From assembly GCA_039096225.1 (NCBI GenBank), contig JBBPEB010000006.1:930001-994000 (forward strand): a stretch of 64,000 bases of DNA, written 5' to 3'. Origin of the DNA: Blastocystis sp. Blastoise (Eukaryota; Protista; Bigyra: Opalinata). The translations under genes were made by a program, and so were the position numbers. Positions 1-28,916 of the stretch are shown here, piece after piece (within the stretch, counting starts at the first letter, position 1; every line of letters begins with the position of its first letter). The notes under the pieces were generated by a model, which was not told the origin of the DNA, made no database searches, and saw nothing but the letters and a program-made list of their open reading frames with translations.

Positions 1-10041
<10,041 letters not shown>

Positions 10042-10351
10042 ATAATAAACCTTTTTTAAATGTACCTTATTTCTTATAACTTAGATCACTCTTGTATCTG
10101 ACAACTTTTTTTGAAATTTTCTATTATTCTATTGTTTACTTTTTTTAATATATATCAATGTGTTTTTAATTGCTTATTGTTATGTTTTGTTTATTCAATT
10201 TAATAGTACATATCGAAAATATCACTAAACATCTATATTATATATAGAAATTTGAATTGACTGTGAATAATTAAAATATTTTATGTTTTTTTATTATTAA
10301 GTTTATTGAAAAAAGATATTCAGATATAGGATATGGAAAAATTCTTCAGTA

Positions 10352-10440
10352 CCGAGCTTAGCTCAGTTGGAAGAGCGTTAGACTGTAGTGGCTGCATTGC
10401 AGCAATCTAAGGGTCGCTGGTTCGATTCCGGCAGCTCGGA
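10352..10440 (+). tRNA. tRNA-Tyr(GTA) with 16-nt intron (10389-10404)
   Basis: Acceptor stem CCGAGCT/AGCTCGG+A; D-arm AGCTCAGTTGGAAGAGC; anticodon arm TTAGA-CTGTAG[intron]A-TCTAA; T-loop GGTTCGATTCC; downstream T-tract. Confidence 0.96.
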
Positions 10441-11071
10441 ATTCCTTTTTATTTTTTTTATCAATTCTTTATTTACAAAACAATATTTTGTTTTGAGTTT
10501 ATTTTTTAAATAAACAAATAATAACTAAAATCAATATCAAGAGAAAAATCAGGTTAATATGGAGAACAAATAAAAACTAAATGAGAAAAACATCATTTCA
10601 ATACATGCAATAAAAGAGATTTATATTATCATAACAAAGATAAATATAGGTTACTCATAACCTCTGAAATAGTATAAATAAATTAGAAATGCAATGATCA
10701 AAAACAAAAACATGAGATTCAATTGATAAACAAAAAGAGTAAAAATAAATATTAAAATGATAAGCTACACAAAGAATGATAATAAAACAATGAAAGTATT
10801 CATTGTAGATAAATGATGAATAATAAATTCTTTAGTATACAAGGAAAGCAAATAAAAAGACAAAATATGTATATAATCAGTAAATAATTCATATATATAT
10901 ATAGCTTGTTGTGATTAGAGAAAACAAAGAAAAGATTGATATATTTTAGTTATATATATGTATATAAATGATAAGATAAATGATAAGATAAATGATAGCA
11001 TAAATAAAGAATAAAAACATGTAAATAATAAAATATATATTGAATGAAGTAAATAAATAAATAAATAATGG

Positions 11072-12495
<1,424 letters not shown>

Positions 12496-13666
12496 ACTGC
12501 AAGAAGAGTTAAATCAAAATAAATTTGAGAAAATAAATAAATATTCTTAAACTGAATATGAAAGAATAATGGTAGGTTCTTTCCATAGAAATCTCCTTGC
12601 GATTATAAAAACGGACCATAATTATTCATCTTATTGATTGGCAAGGAGGGATTTCAGATGAAAACAATGATTGGATCTTTTCGATATATAAGCCAGTCAA
12701 AACTACTGTTTTGACTGTCCATAATTTATCAAGTCACAACAAAGAAACAAATGATATAGGGGGAAATACTACCAAAAACAGAAACATACAATAACCTCCA
12801 TTAATAAATCATAAAAGAAAAAAAAAATAACAGCTTATGTAAAAGTCTCTTCTCATCTCTGTAAGAATTCTCAATGACTATTTTCAGTGACTATCTATAT
12901 GGTATACTTTTTAAATATAAGATTAGTTATTTTACTCATACAATAAAAAAGAGATTAGAGTTAAAATGACTTTTAATAAGAAATATAAAACTAATGGAAG
13001 ATATATTAATGGAATAAAAAAACTATTTGAGTCTTTGTAAGCATAGAAACGAGACAAGTGTAATAAATTATTTTATTCATGATGTACGCATATTTCTTAT
13101 ATATATTGATATTTATACGATACCAGATTCATCCTTAAAAGACAATAAATAAATCAAACTAAATGTTGGAGACATAATTGTGAATTGCTATGAACACTAT
13201 ACAACCAAGAGAATATTCATTATCCAAATTATTGTCGAAATATAAAAATGATTCAGTGTTTTGTATATTCCAGACACATTCTAATAGAAAAACATATAAA
13301 AAGTCAGTTTTTTAAATACAAAACTGAAAGTAGCATTTCTTTCTCATTTGAATAAATTGTTTTTTTGAGTACTTTACATAATATTTTTTACTTATTTGTA
13401 TATAATATTTATATATTAACAAAGATCACAAAACAATTAATGTCAAAACAATTAATGAATAAAAAACTGTTGCCGTTTTAACAAAGGAAACTCTTTATTT
13501 TTTAGATAAAACTATATATAACATAGATTATAATGCCTGAGATAAGAATAAAAAAGAAAACGCTATCTTTTATATTAAAAAAAAAAATAAAATGTTTAAA
13601 GACTGAATAAATAGAGAAGATGAAGATAATAAAATAGCGATATATACTAAATAATATAAATACTTT

Positions 13667-14270
13667 TTATTCGAGTCTGAGGATAATATGAACACCACTA
13701 TCCGTTTCAATGATGTCACTTAATTCTCCAACTTTCAGAGCAAAAGAAGCTTCTTCAAAAGGTCGTTGCATCTGACCTCTTCCGAAAAAACCTAAATCAC
13801 CACCACGTCTTGCACTATATATATATATATATAATTATTAGAAAAGTAGTTATTTATTTAATATTTAAAAAAAAAGTGTATGAATAAAAATATAAATTCG
13901 AATTGAGGAGAGAAAGCCAATAAACAAATCAATACCTGCTGCAATCACTTTCACGAGAAGCTAAATCCATGAATACTCTTTGTAAACTAGGATAATCAGG
14001 TTGACTAGCAATAATAGAACGTAAACGAGATAATTCAGCAATAGCTTCTTCTTTTGAACAGGTTATATTAGGATTTCTCCAAGAAGCAGGACGACGAGAT
14101 CCGCGATGTTTCTTCAGTAAATGGGCACAACGAACTTGTTGTTGCTTTTCTGGTTCTGGTTGTTCTTTAGGACAATCCCAAGTTTTCTCATGTGTATGTA
14201 CGTTATAATAAAAGTAAACACCAGGATGTCTACTACTTTCGTGTTTTTCCCAACCTTCTGGAAGAGGCAT
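13667..14270 (-). CDS. PIN1: Peptidyl-prolyl isomerase Pin1/Ess1 (WW + parvulin)
   Basis: WW domain LPEGWEK...[16 protein letters not shown]; parvulin motifs [20 protein letters not shown]|[32 protein letters not shown]. One GT-AG intron. Confidence 0.96.
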
Positions 14271-15096
14271 TTGAAAAGATGTAAAAATAAAATTTGTTTA
14301 TTTTTTATTATTATTTTTATATTCCTGCTTCATTTCAATAAAAAAAAATTCTATGAAATTATTTATTGGGGTTTATAGGCTATTATTTATATAGAATTTC
14401 AACTTTATGCATTTCAATAAGTTTAATTAACTAGAGACAACAACAATTTTGTGTCAACTACTTTTTTTTATAGTTATTTTTGCTCATGAAAGGAAAAACA
14501 AAATGAAAATGATAATATATCAATATTAATAGTTTATACATCTTTTGTGAAATTTCATGAGTATTTTTCTGTTTATTTTTTATTGAACTGATAGTTAATA
14601 GGTTTTAGACATGCCTTTATTCATAAAGGAATGAAACTTGATTAATAATCAAAAATATATGATCTGATTGATATTATAAAACAATAATTCACTTTCTCAA
14701 ATAGCCTTAAAAAAGTATTTATATAAAAATATCCATTCATAGAATAATTCACTATATATAGAGAATATATTTAAATAAAAAATGAACGAAATAACACAAA
14801 ATCACGAACAAATTCTGAATTTATATTCTTATAACATGCTCTATATTCAATTCACTTTATAAAAGAATGAAAACCAAGATACTACATATAAGAATAACAG
14901 CAAATTGAAGTATATTATAACGAATGAATCCAAAAAAATATGACAAGGAATGAAAACCGATTTTTGCTTATAAAAAATGGAATTTCCACGATTAAAATGT
15001 TCTTATTTGACTGGTTTGTTTCGATAGTATATGTGTTAAATAGAATATTTATAATTTAACAATTTAAATAGATTTTCAAGTTGTTAATTATATAAA

Positions 15097-15940
15097 ATGA
15101 GAATAGATACATGTTACTTTTGTTCTGGTCCTATATATCCTGGACATGGAATGACTTTTGTCAGAAATGATAGTAAAGTCTTTAGGTTTTGTAGAAGTAA
15201 ATGCCGAAGAAACTTCGATTTGAAACGTAATCCTCGTAAAGTTCGTTGGACCAAAGCTTTCAGACGTGCTAATGGAAAGGATATTAAAGTTGTATGTATA
15301 TATGAAGATATTAATTTATAGACTATTTATTATTTCTTTTTAATTTTATTTCTTGAATTGTTATTGTTTATTATATAAATAAATATATTTTTATTATTAT
15401 TATTATACTTATAGGACTCCACTCTTGACTTTGAAAAAATCAGAAACCGTCCTGTTAAATACGATCGTGATCTTATGATGAAGACAATCAAGGCTATGAA
15501 ACGTATTGAAGAAATTAAGAAGGTCAGACAACAACGTTTCTATAAACAAAGATATATAATTTTAAAATATATTTATTATTCTCTCTTTATTAAGTTTTTT
15601 TTATTATAACACCTTGATTTGATATATATATGTATATATTATCATTAGTTCTTTTATACTAATACTATTTATTGTTTTTATAAAGAATGGCTGCTTCTAA
15701 GATTAGACAGAAGGAAGAAATGAAGGCAGATATTGCTAAGGTATTCTATATTTATTATTATTATTATTATATTTATAATGAAATGGTGACATTTGTTTTT
15801 GGGTACTATTATAAAGGTTTTCTTTATTTTGTTTATAGTTATATATATATTTTTATTTTTTCTTCTTATTCAATTTGTTTTTTTTCTTATTATTTATTTT
15901 TTTCTTATTATTATTGATTTATTTTTTTATTCTATATATA

Positions 15941-15984
<44 letters not shown>

Positions 15985-16186
15985 ACACAATATCTATATA
16001 ATTAATGAGTATATTCTATAGAATATTGATATTCTTGCTCCTCATGCTTCTAAGATGACTGAAGACTTACAGAAGGCTGAAGTTGTAAGACAAGAACTTA
16101 ATGCTAAAAAGGCTATTCGTCAAGCTCGCAAAATGAATAGAAATAATAAGAAGAAGGAAGAAAATACTAATGTTGAAATGAATTAA
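15097..16186 (+). CDS. RLP24: Ribosome biogenesis protein Rlp24 (RSL24D1)
   Basis: [25 protein letters not shown]...FCRSKC...[14 protein letters not shown]; exon 2 [20 protein letters not shown]. Four exons; intron 2 appears to be AT-AG. Confidence 0.95.
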
Positions 16187-16504
16187 ATATATTAACATTA
16201 TTATTATAATTTCTTCTCTACATTTTTTTTGTTACTTGTTTTATTTTGTTGTACATTTTATTTCTGGTTGTTGTCATTTTTACATATATATATTCTTTGT
16301 CATATTTCTATTTATTATAAAACAGAAAAAGTGTTGTGTTCTCGTGTATTGAAAATGAATTTTAAAAATAAAATTTTTAATAAAATAAAGCAAACTAAAT
16401 ATTTGTGAAAAAAAGCATAGTGAATATAATATAATTTAGAAATGATACAAATAGCATTAATCAGATCATAAAAAAAGGAGTGTGCATAATAAAATACAGC
16501 GTGC

Positions 16505-18056
16505 TTAAATACGAATTTGGTAATCACCAGAACGAGTCATATAACGAACCCATTTAGTAGTTTGATAAGAAGAATGTTCATAGACCTTAAGGAAACGTAC
16601 ATGTAAACCAGAAGCAGTGAACATAGGAACCGCGAAATTGACGGAAATCGGAGGCTTAGACCATACTTTAGAGACAGTTTGCTTTAATAATTTAACATCA
16701 CACTTGAATTCAATTTCTGTAGCACCGTTAACTTTCTTCATCTTCCAATCGATACAGGATTCAGAAGGATTATAAGTAACAATACCAGGAACAGCTTTAG
16801 GCATGATTTCAGCAGTATTAGGAGGTACAGGAATCTTTAATTCTACATTTTGAGAACTAACGTTCTTACTGAAATTAGCAACTAACTTGATATTGATATT
16901 AAGAAGAGTAGAAGAAGTTTCAGTGTAGTTAGGCATAATACGGAAGGGAATATTAATATTATCTGTGACACGATATTTCATAAGTTCGAATTCTCCATCC
17001 GGAGGAATGAAAGTAATAGTACGATCTTCATCGAATTTACCAAGACGGACACAACGATGGAAGGAACAATCATCAATTTCAACACCAGGAACTTTGCTCT
17101 TATCACCACCTTGTTTCTTCTTACCCTTAGAATCACTACTAATTAATAACTTATCATTAAGACCGAATCTACATTCAGGCATACCAGAAAGGAAGGATTT
17201 CATGATAATCTTACCAATAACTTCACTATGAAGAATGTTACCAGTTTGAGAAATAAGAATATTGACACTTTCATTGGTATCAATGTACATTTCATTTTTA
17301 CGATAGGTAATACCTTCACGACGCCTATATATATGAACAATATATATAATATAATAAGAATAAGAGAGAATTCAAAGGATATCATTCTATATATATAGAG
17401 AACATACCAATCGATAGCACCAGTAATTTGAGAGGTAATAGAAGTATCAGTAGCTTGTTCTTCAACAGTAGCCGTACCTAAACGAATGAAGTTCTTCATG
17501 ACTTCAATAGCACAATTTTGAGGATAACCATAATCAAGAACTTCTATATATATTATTATTATAGAAAAATATAAAAATAAAAAAATATTATATAAGTGAA
17601 TGATAATAAGATAATAATATACCATCGAAGATTTCGTAAACAACAGAGAATTGATTACGAAGATCATCATATATATAAGATGATTTATAAATTAATTAAC
17701 TTTAAAAAAACTTTGAATTTAGAAAAACATATCTATAGTATATAAAAAATATATACAGCTTGATATTCATTACCAAAATAACTCTTGAACATCTTGACAA
17801 GATGGAAAAGGAAATGGAAAATCATACCAGGATTAGCATTTCTCTTAGTAACAGCAACAATGTAGTGATCAGCGTTACGGACATAGATGAAAGAAGCTCC
17901 ATCAATATAGTGAATAGGAGGTAAAGTACCAGTATCCTTCTTAGCAATAACGTTTTGTCTGAAGGCATCAGCAGTTTCACGAGAAACATCACCTCTGTAG
18001 AAACGACGAATAATTTCTCTACCCTTGGTATCAATAACTAAAATAGCACTGATCAT
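16505..18056 (-). CDS. AP2M1: AP-2 adaptor complex mu subunit
   Basis: MISAILVIDTKG...DYGYPQN...ITSQITGAIDWRREG...FLSGMPECRFGLNDK...FIPPDGEFELMKYR...WSKPPISVNFAVPMFTASGLHVRFLKV...KWVRY. Four exons; intron 1 appears to be GT-AT. Confidence 0.94.
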
Positions 18057-18658
18057 TTTGGTATATATATATAGATAAATTATATAAATGAAATGAAAAT
18101 CTTATACTTAGAAAAATGCTTGACGATCCTCTTCCGGCATTTACCGAGAAAACAAAATAAGATTTCTTTTCTGATTCCTTTTAAGGGCTGGATTTCTTTT
18201 CATTTCTTACCTATTTTTATTATTGAAATCTGAAAAATGTTAAATACCCCCACCAAAATAAAACAAAAAGTTCATTCCCATGAGAATCAATTGTTTTTCG
18301 CGATATCTTTTTGTTTTTCCATGATTTCTATTTCTATTTCATTGTTTATTTCCTAAATCTCTTTATGACTTTTATTTTATGTTAGTATCAAGAATATATG
18401 TTCACAAAGTATATAAAAGTATCTATGTATGCAAACTATGAAAGAAAAAAATAAATTCTTTGTGATCATGATTTGAAAAATTTTTTTTAGCATTTTAAGC
18501 ATATGAACTTTGTTGTAATATATATTTCAGAGCCATTTAGACAAACAAAACGATTAAGATATAAAAGTATTTTTATGAAGAGATACTTTTTTTCTAAGGA
18601 ATAGCAAACTAAAAGAATAAATAATAAAATAAATATATATATCTAAAGAATAACTTAT

Positions 18659-19812
18659 TTAAATTAAAGAAGCAACTTCTTTAACCATAGAAGCAACACT
18701 ATCTTCAATATTATCGATAGTTGTACTACACATATAAGCAGCAGAAGTAACAACTTTATTTTCTTTATCTACATTAGCTTCAGTCTCCTAATAATAAAAA
18801 TAATAAAAATAATAATATAATAATAATAATAATAAATATACATTTTTATTGATAACATTAGCACCAAAAGAGGAAGCCACTAAACAAGTTCCAGAAAAAG
18901 GCCATTTAGGAGATTCAATATTTTGACCAAAGGTAATAGATACTCCAGGAAGTACTTTGGATATAATAATAGGAGCGATACAACAAAGACCAATTGGCTT
19001 CTTATTATCATGGAAGTCATGTATTACATTAGCTACAGTTTCTATATATAGAATATATTATTAATATAATATTAATAGAAATTTAATATAACATTAAATA
19101 TATTATTAATAGAAATTTAATATAATATTAAATATAATATCTACATAAATATATAATAAAAATAAAAATATAAAAATATATTAATACAATAAATTAAAAA
19201 AAGAATTAAAAAAAATAAATACTACTTTTATCACGAATAAATACTAAAACATCTATATATATATATACCATTAACTTCCATATCAGCTCCTTTTATAGCA
19301 TAAGAACATAAGTTCTTTGCAGCGCCAAATCCACCAGGAATTATTAAAGCCTATAGAAAATACATCATATAGATTTATGGATAAAATAACTCAAGTAAAA
19401 TGTAATAGGCAAATCAGTTAATAAAATATATATAAATACACTGTAGTCTTCAGATTTAAGTTCAGAGAGAGGTTTACAATCTCCACGACATATTCTATAT
19501 ATATGAATATAAAAATAGATATTATCAAAACAAATGATATACCTGCTACTTTCAACAAGCACATTTCTCGTTTCCTTCATCTCTTCACCCTATTCATAGA
19601 TTAAATTATATATATTTCAAAGAATATATGAAATTATATACAGTAAGATGATTGATGACGTGATATTGAGGGATATCGGGAGCAAAACATTGATAATCGA
19701 GACCATTTCTACGAATAGAAACTAATACAAAAACAGCTTCTTGGATTTCAGAACCATCATTGACACCACATCCAGCAAGAATAACAGCAACAGGTTTATT
19801 GACTTTTTGCAT
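18659..19812 (-). CDS. ElbB/ES1 (GATD3)-like DJ-1/PfpI-superfamily protein
   Basis: VAVILAGCGVNDGSEIQE, CFAPDIPQYHVINHLTGE, RNVLVESSRICRG, IIPGGFGAAKNL, KPIGLCCIAP, KVVTSAAYM. Six exons. Confidence 0.9.
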
Positions 19813-20211
19813 TTTTAAAAATTATAATTTGAATAGAATTGAACGAATTTAAGTAAATTAATGTTTTTTATTGAAAGTATGGAATTCATTTAAAGAAATA
19901 AGCATATGAACTTTTGGTTACAAATATCGTTCAACCAATGAATGAAGCTTCTCTTCTAGAACATCATTAAGAATCGAAGACTTCTCCATAAAAACACAAA
20001 TGAATTCTCATTTGTTCACAAATAGTAGAGACTATTCCTTGTTCTTTTTTACTGTTAAAGAACAATCTTTTTCTTCTATATTGATATATATCCTACTCTA
20101 TTGATTATAACTATTTATATATAGTTAACATTCTAAATAATAATTGATAGGTTCTTTTAGTTGTGAATCACTTTTATGTTCCTAAAAAAAAGAGAAAAAA
20201 ATTAAAAAATT

Positions 20212-20283
20212 TGCGTAAACCGGGAATTGAACCCGGACCTCCACCTTGGAAGGGTGGAATCCTAACCATTAGACCATTTACGC
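20212..20283 (-). tRNA. tRNA-Gly(TCC)
   Basis: Reverse complement GCGTAAA...CCACC-CTTCCAA-GGTGG...GGTTCAATTCC...TTTACGCA. Confidence 0.96.
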
Positions 20284-20418
20284 CATGTTATGAAATTTTT
20301 CTGAAGCCATTTTGAGTCTAGAGTATATTACAAATAATAGATTATACTTATTAAGTATTACGCATAGAATAGAAAACTAAACAAACATATCATAAATGGT
20401 AATTAATTATATATATTT

Positions 20419-21219
20419 TTAGTGTTTACTTTCTATATGATATACTTCGTAATCATACACTTTGAAGAGGTATTTATTGCCTGTCCATTCAGATCTTATG
20501 GTAGAATCACAAAAATGAGACAAATTAAATGAATCAATATATACATATCCATTTGAGTCATCATGAGGTGAATATTCAAAAAAAGAAGATTCAGACTCGT
20601 TACATTTATTATCGATATAAATGTCGTAATTAAGATTACCAAAGATAGGTCCTGCTTTTTTATCATGCTTGATAGTATTCCCTTTTCCACGACACGGGAA
20701 AACCATAGAGTTCGTTTGATTAGGAGTATGAAGCGAAAAAATAAACGACGAAGGATCTCGAATATATTCATCTAGAATATAAAATTGATAGAATTGTAAT
20801 ATATATTTATAAATATAATTAATAAATATATAATAAATATATAATAAATATAATAATAAATATAATAATAAATATAATAATAAATATAATAATAAATAAA
20901 ATAATAAATATAATAATAAATATATTATAAACTAATAATATAATTATAAATATATAATAAACTAATAATATAATTATAAATATATAATAAACTAATAATA
21001 TAAAGATAGTCCTCTTATACTATATATAGGTTCATACATGTCGAGGACCATGAGATTGATGTATATCCTCCAAATAAGGAATAGGAGTCTTTAGTCAATA
21101 CTTTTATAAGAGTAAGGGTCTCCCCGCGATTATCACAATATTTATGAAATCGACTTGCTTGATAGCCATCACGACTGGCTCTATATATAAATATATATTT
21201 TAATAATATTATAAACATA

Positions 21220-21259
<40 letters not shown>

Positions 21260-22307
21260 CAAGTCTATGAAGCATGATTATATACCCTAGTAGAAATTAT
21301 TAAGTGTATCGATTAAAGGAATATTTCATATATATATACCTGAATAATAAAGACCATTGTTTATTTGGACACCAACTATTCAGTTTATAAGCTTCATAGG
21401 AATTCATTAATTGACTTTCTTTGAAGTTTATAGAGATCGTTGTATCTATTTTTGATTCATCCAACGGAATATTCAAAGACTTAAAATCTAATAATATATT
21501 CTTAATTTCTGATTTCTCCACATTCTCAAAGGGAAGACAGTTATAAAGTAAATAATCGGTTATAATACTCATGTGATGAATAGAACCAGGAACATGAAAA
21601 CCATCATAATCGATGTCATATACTAAATTATAGAGATTATCAGGACGTAATAAACAGTCTGAAAGAGAGGGATTGAGGAACAACTCTGCTGAAAGTGTAT
21701 ATACTTGATTATTCTGATCTATATAATTGATTAATTTTTCTTTTTGTTTACTGAGAATTAAATTATCTACATTATAGGGAGATAATTGAAGAGGAATATC
21801 GATCTTATAATGTACAAACGAATTATATAATTTATATAATATCTTTGATGAATATCGACCCGTAATCAACCGATTGGTACGTAAATAATTAATGACTATT
21901 TCAAAAATATCATCATCATCATCTAAATCAACCTCCAAAGGCTGATCATACAATTTCCTATCAAAATACAATTCTGCTAACACACAAGAAGCATGTTTCA
22001 TGAGGTTTGATTGCTCTATTTCGTATTTCTTTGTTCGATTCTTGAAATAAAACGTCATTATACAGTCTTTCGAGTTCAATGGAAGTACGTGAAGTGCTAT
22101 ATATTATTAATATATGATAATAAGAAATAATACGTGTGACATTTTGATTTGATTGCGTTAACTTGTGTGTAGTTATAACTCTTTCATCATCAGAAGTATT
22201 TAAAACACTTTCCACTATATAATATTATAAATAATAGAAAAGTGAATACGTTTCACATTCTCATTTGTTTTATTTGATCCTTTATTAAATGTTGATCGAA
22301 AAAACAT
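20419..22307 (-). CDS. TLDc-domain protein with BTB/POZ-like N-terminal region
   Basis: C-terminal WSLLF|RASRDGYQASRFHKYCDNRGETLTLIK...FGGYTSISW...GPIFG...DIYI...FKVYDYEVY fits TLDc. N-terminal ...LMKHASCVLAELY...DLDDDDDIFEIVINYLRT resembles KCTD-type BTB. The start exon is less certain. Confidence 0.8.
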
Positions 22308-23203
22308 TCGTAATTTAATTTAAAAACAAACTAAAATAAATAATATATGTGTATAAAATGTATAAAATGAATGATGAATTAAAAATACGGTAATTCTTCA
22401 TTTTTTACTGTTATATTTCATATTAACTTGGGAATTCATGTTTTCATTTTGATTCATAATATTCTTTGTTTTATGTTAAATAATATATGTATATATGTAG
22501 AAATTATTGACATTGAGAAAAAAAAATGATAATAACAAAAAAATAAGTAGAATAAAAGTATTATTGTGATGAATTGCAAAAGAATGAAAACCTGCGATAA
22601 GATGGATATATAATATATTAATATTTAAAAGGATCTCAATAACGTATATATTATCATATTTCATGATTCCATAGAACCTATAAAGATTTCATCACCTTAT
22701 GAAAATATTAATTGTATCTCTCTGTTGTACTATTTTTTTTATTCTCTTTTAATAATTACTTGCTTTCAATCAATTTATTAGATATATATGAAGTATTTAT
22801 ATGAATATAAATAACTGATTAATATGTTTTATACAAAATAAAACAACCCATTTGTGTGAAATACATATATATATAAACAGTGATATTGAGGAGTATATAG
22901 AGTGATTGTAAATAGACGATGTGAGTAAAACCATATTTCTCATTCATGTTTTGTTTTACTAAAACATATATCTATAGTGTCGTATATCCTTATTTATGCT
23001 AAGAATAATATATATAACATACTCTCTACATGTATTATTATGTAGTATACTTGAAATAATAAAACGATAATATATATATATATTTGAAGAATGGAACAAG
23101 AATATTATTCAAACAACAGTAATAATTAAAAGAAAAAAATGTTAAAATTAGAAAAGAAATGAATGAAAAAGTTTTATGTTATTACTTATTGAAAAAAAGT
23201 GAT

Positions 23204-24385
23204 TTATAATTGTGGACTAATAAATAGTATCTATATATATAAGAATATATTGAATATGAATATATATATAGATACAATGGCACCATCTGTATCAGGATAT
23301 ATTTGTGCAATTTGTTTGAGTGTGAGAGATTCGTCGTCAATTTGAATCAACTATATATATATATAGATAACTATAAAGATAGAGAAGAGAATATAAGAAG
23401 AGGAAATTATATATAATAAAACAGATAGTATATATACAAATAGAATATATATATTATATATATATACTTGATGGTCTTCTCCTTGTGCAAAGAAGAGAAA
23501 TATAAAAGGTGCCCAAATATCATTGGTAGGGAGTAATGTATCTGTGATATAATCACGAATATACTGGATCTATATCATAATAGTATATAATATATATAAT
23601 ATATCATAATAGTATATAATATAATAGTATATAATATAATAGTATATAATATAATATAATATAATATAATAGTATATAATATAATATAATATAATATAAT
23701 AGTATATAATATAATATAATATAATATAATAGTATATAATAGTATATAATATAATATGCCTTTGTGTCTAGACTAGCTTGAATATCATTAAATGAATACG
23801 GATTATCCAGGGGATAACGAGGGTCATATTGTAATAGAAGACGAATTGACTAAAGATAGAGACATATAGTTTAAGCAAAATGTAAGAACAATATAATAAT
23901 AATCAAACAAACAAACAAAAAAGAAATAAAAGTCAATAAATATATACATTTGATTTTGCTTCCATATGAAATTTCTGGTTTTTACTCTCTACCGGATAAA
24001 GATGCTTTTTCACAATTTGGATAATTTGGTCAAACTTCTCATCATCCCTAAATATGACAATGTAATAAACAAATTAGTTTATACCGAAGATGTCTTCTTG
24101 TAGGTATCTTGATTCGACAGAAAGGACAAATAGCTCCAGATTTTCGTAAACTTTTCTGTATACAATCTTTACAGAAACGATGCATACACTATTAGAATAT
24201 TAACTCAGCTTTCTAAGCTAGTTTAATTACCATTTTAGAGACTTGAGATTCTTTTATATAATCTAAACAAATAGGACAGCTTAAAACATGAACCAATAAA
24301 TCAAGTCTTTGACTTTTTGTCATCTATCTCTCATTAGATATACGTACATAGGATATACAATAATCTGCTTTGTCTTATCACTCAT
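23204..24385 (-). CDS. C3HC4 RING E3 ligase, RING1/RNF2 (PRC1)-like
   Basis: LSCPICLDYIKESQVSKM|CMHRFCKDCIQKSLRKSGAICPFCRIKIPTRRHL|RDDEKFDQII resembles RING1B LMCPICLD...CLHRFC...CPTCRKKL...LRPDPNFDALI. Multi-exon, including one GC-AG intron (c23759-23570). Confidence 0.72.
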
Positions 24386-24541
24386 TTTAAGTGGTTATAC
24401 AAGCTACAATCTGTTTAAAAAATAAAAATGAGAAGCTGATTTTTTCTGAAAAAGTTTTCATTTTATTATTCATTATTCTGTTCTATATCAAATCTTAAAG
24501 TTTGATTAGATATACGATCAGACCAAAACTATACAATAAAA

Positions 24542-28563
<4,022 letters not shown>

Positions 28564-28916
28564 TGTATAATTAAATAAAAAAATATTCATTTCTCTCTAT
28601 TTATGTGCATTATCTGTTTTTGCTATTATTAATTATTTAAAATCATGTGTATACTATGAAATAACCATGTTTTATTAAAAACATATTTTCTAATTATTTT
28701 TTGTTTGTTTGTTTTACAATAATGTGATTATAAGAATAAAGATATATATGCTTCTTGATACCATATATTTGTTAAAATTGCTTTTATAGTTAATTTCAAA
28801 TACTCTTAAAACATGAATGTTACTGGTTTCTTAAGGAATGAAAATAAAGTTATTCGTTGAGATATGTATAAAGCAAAACATAGTTATAATGTAATGAATC
28901 ACATCAATATATATAT

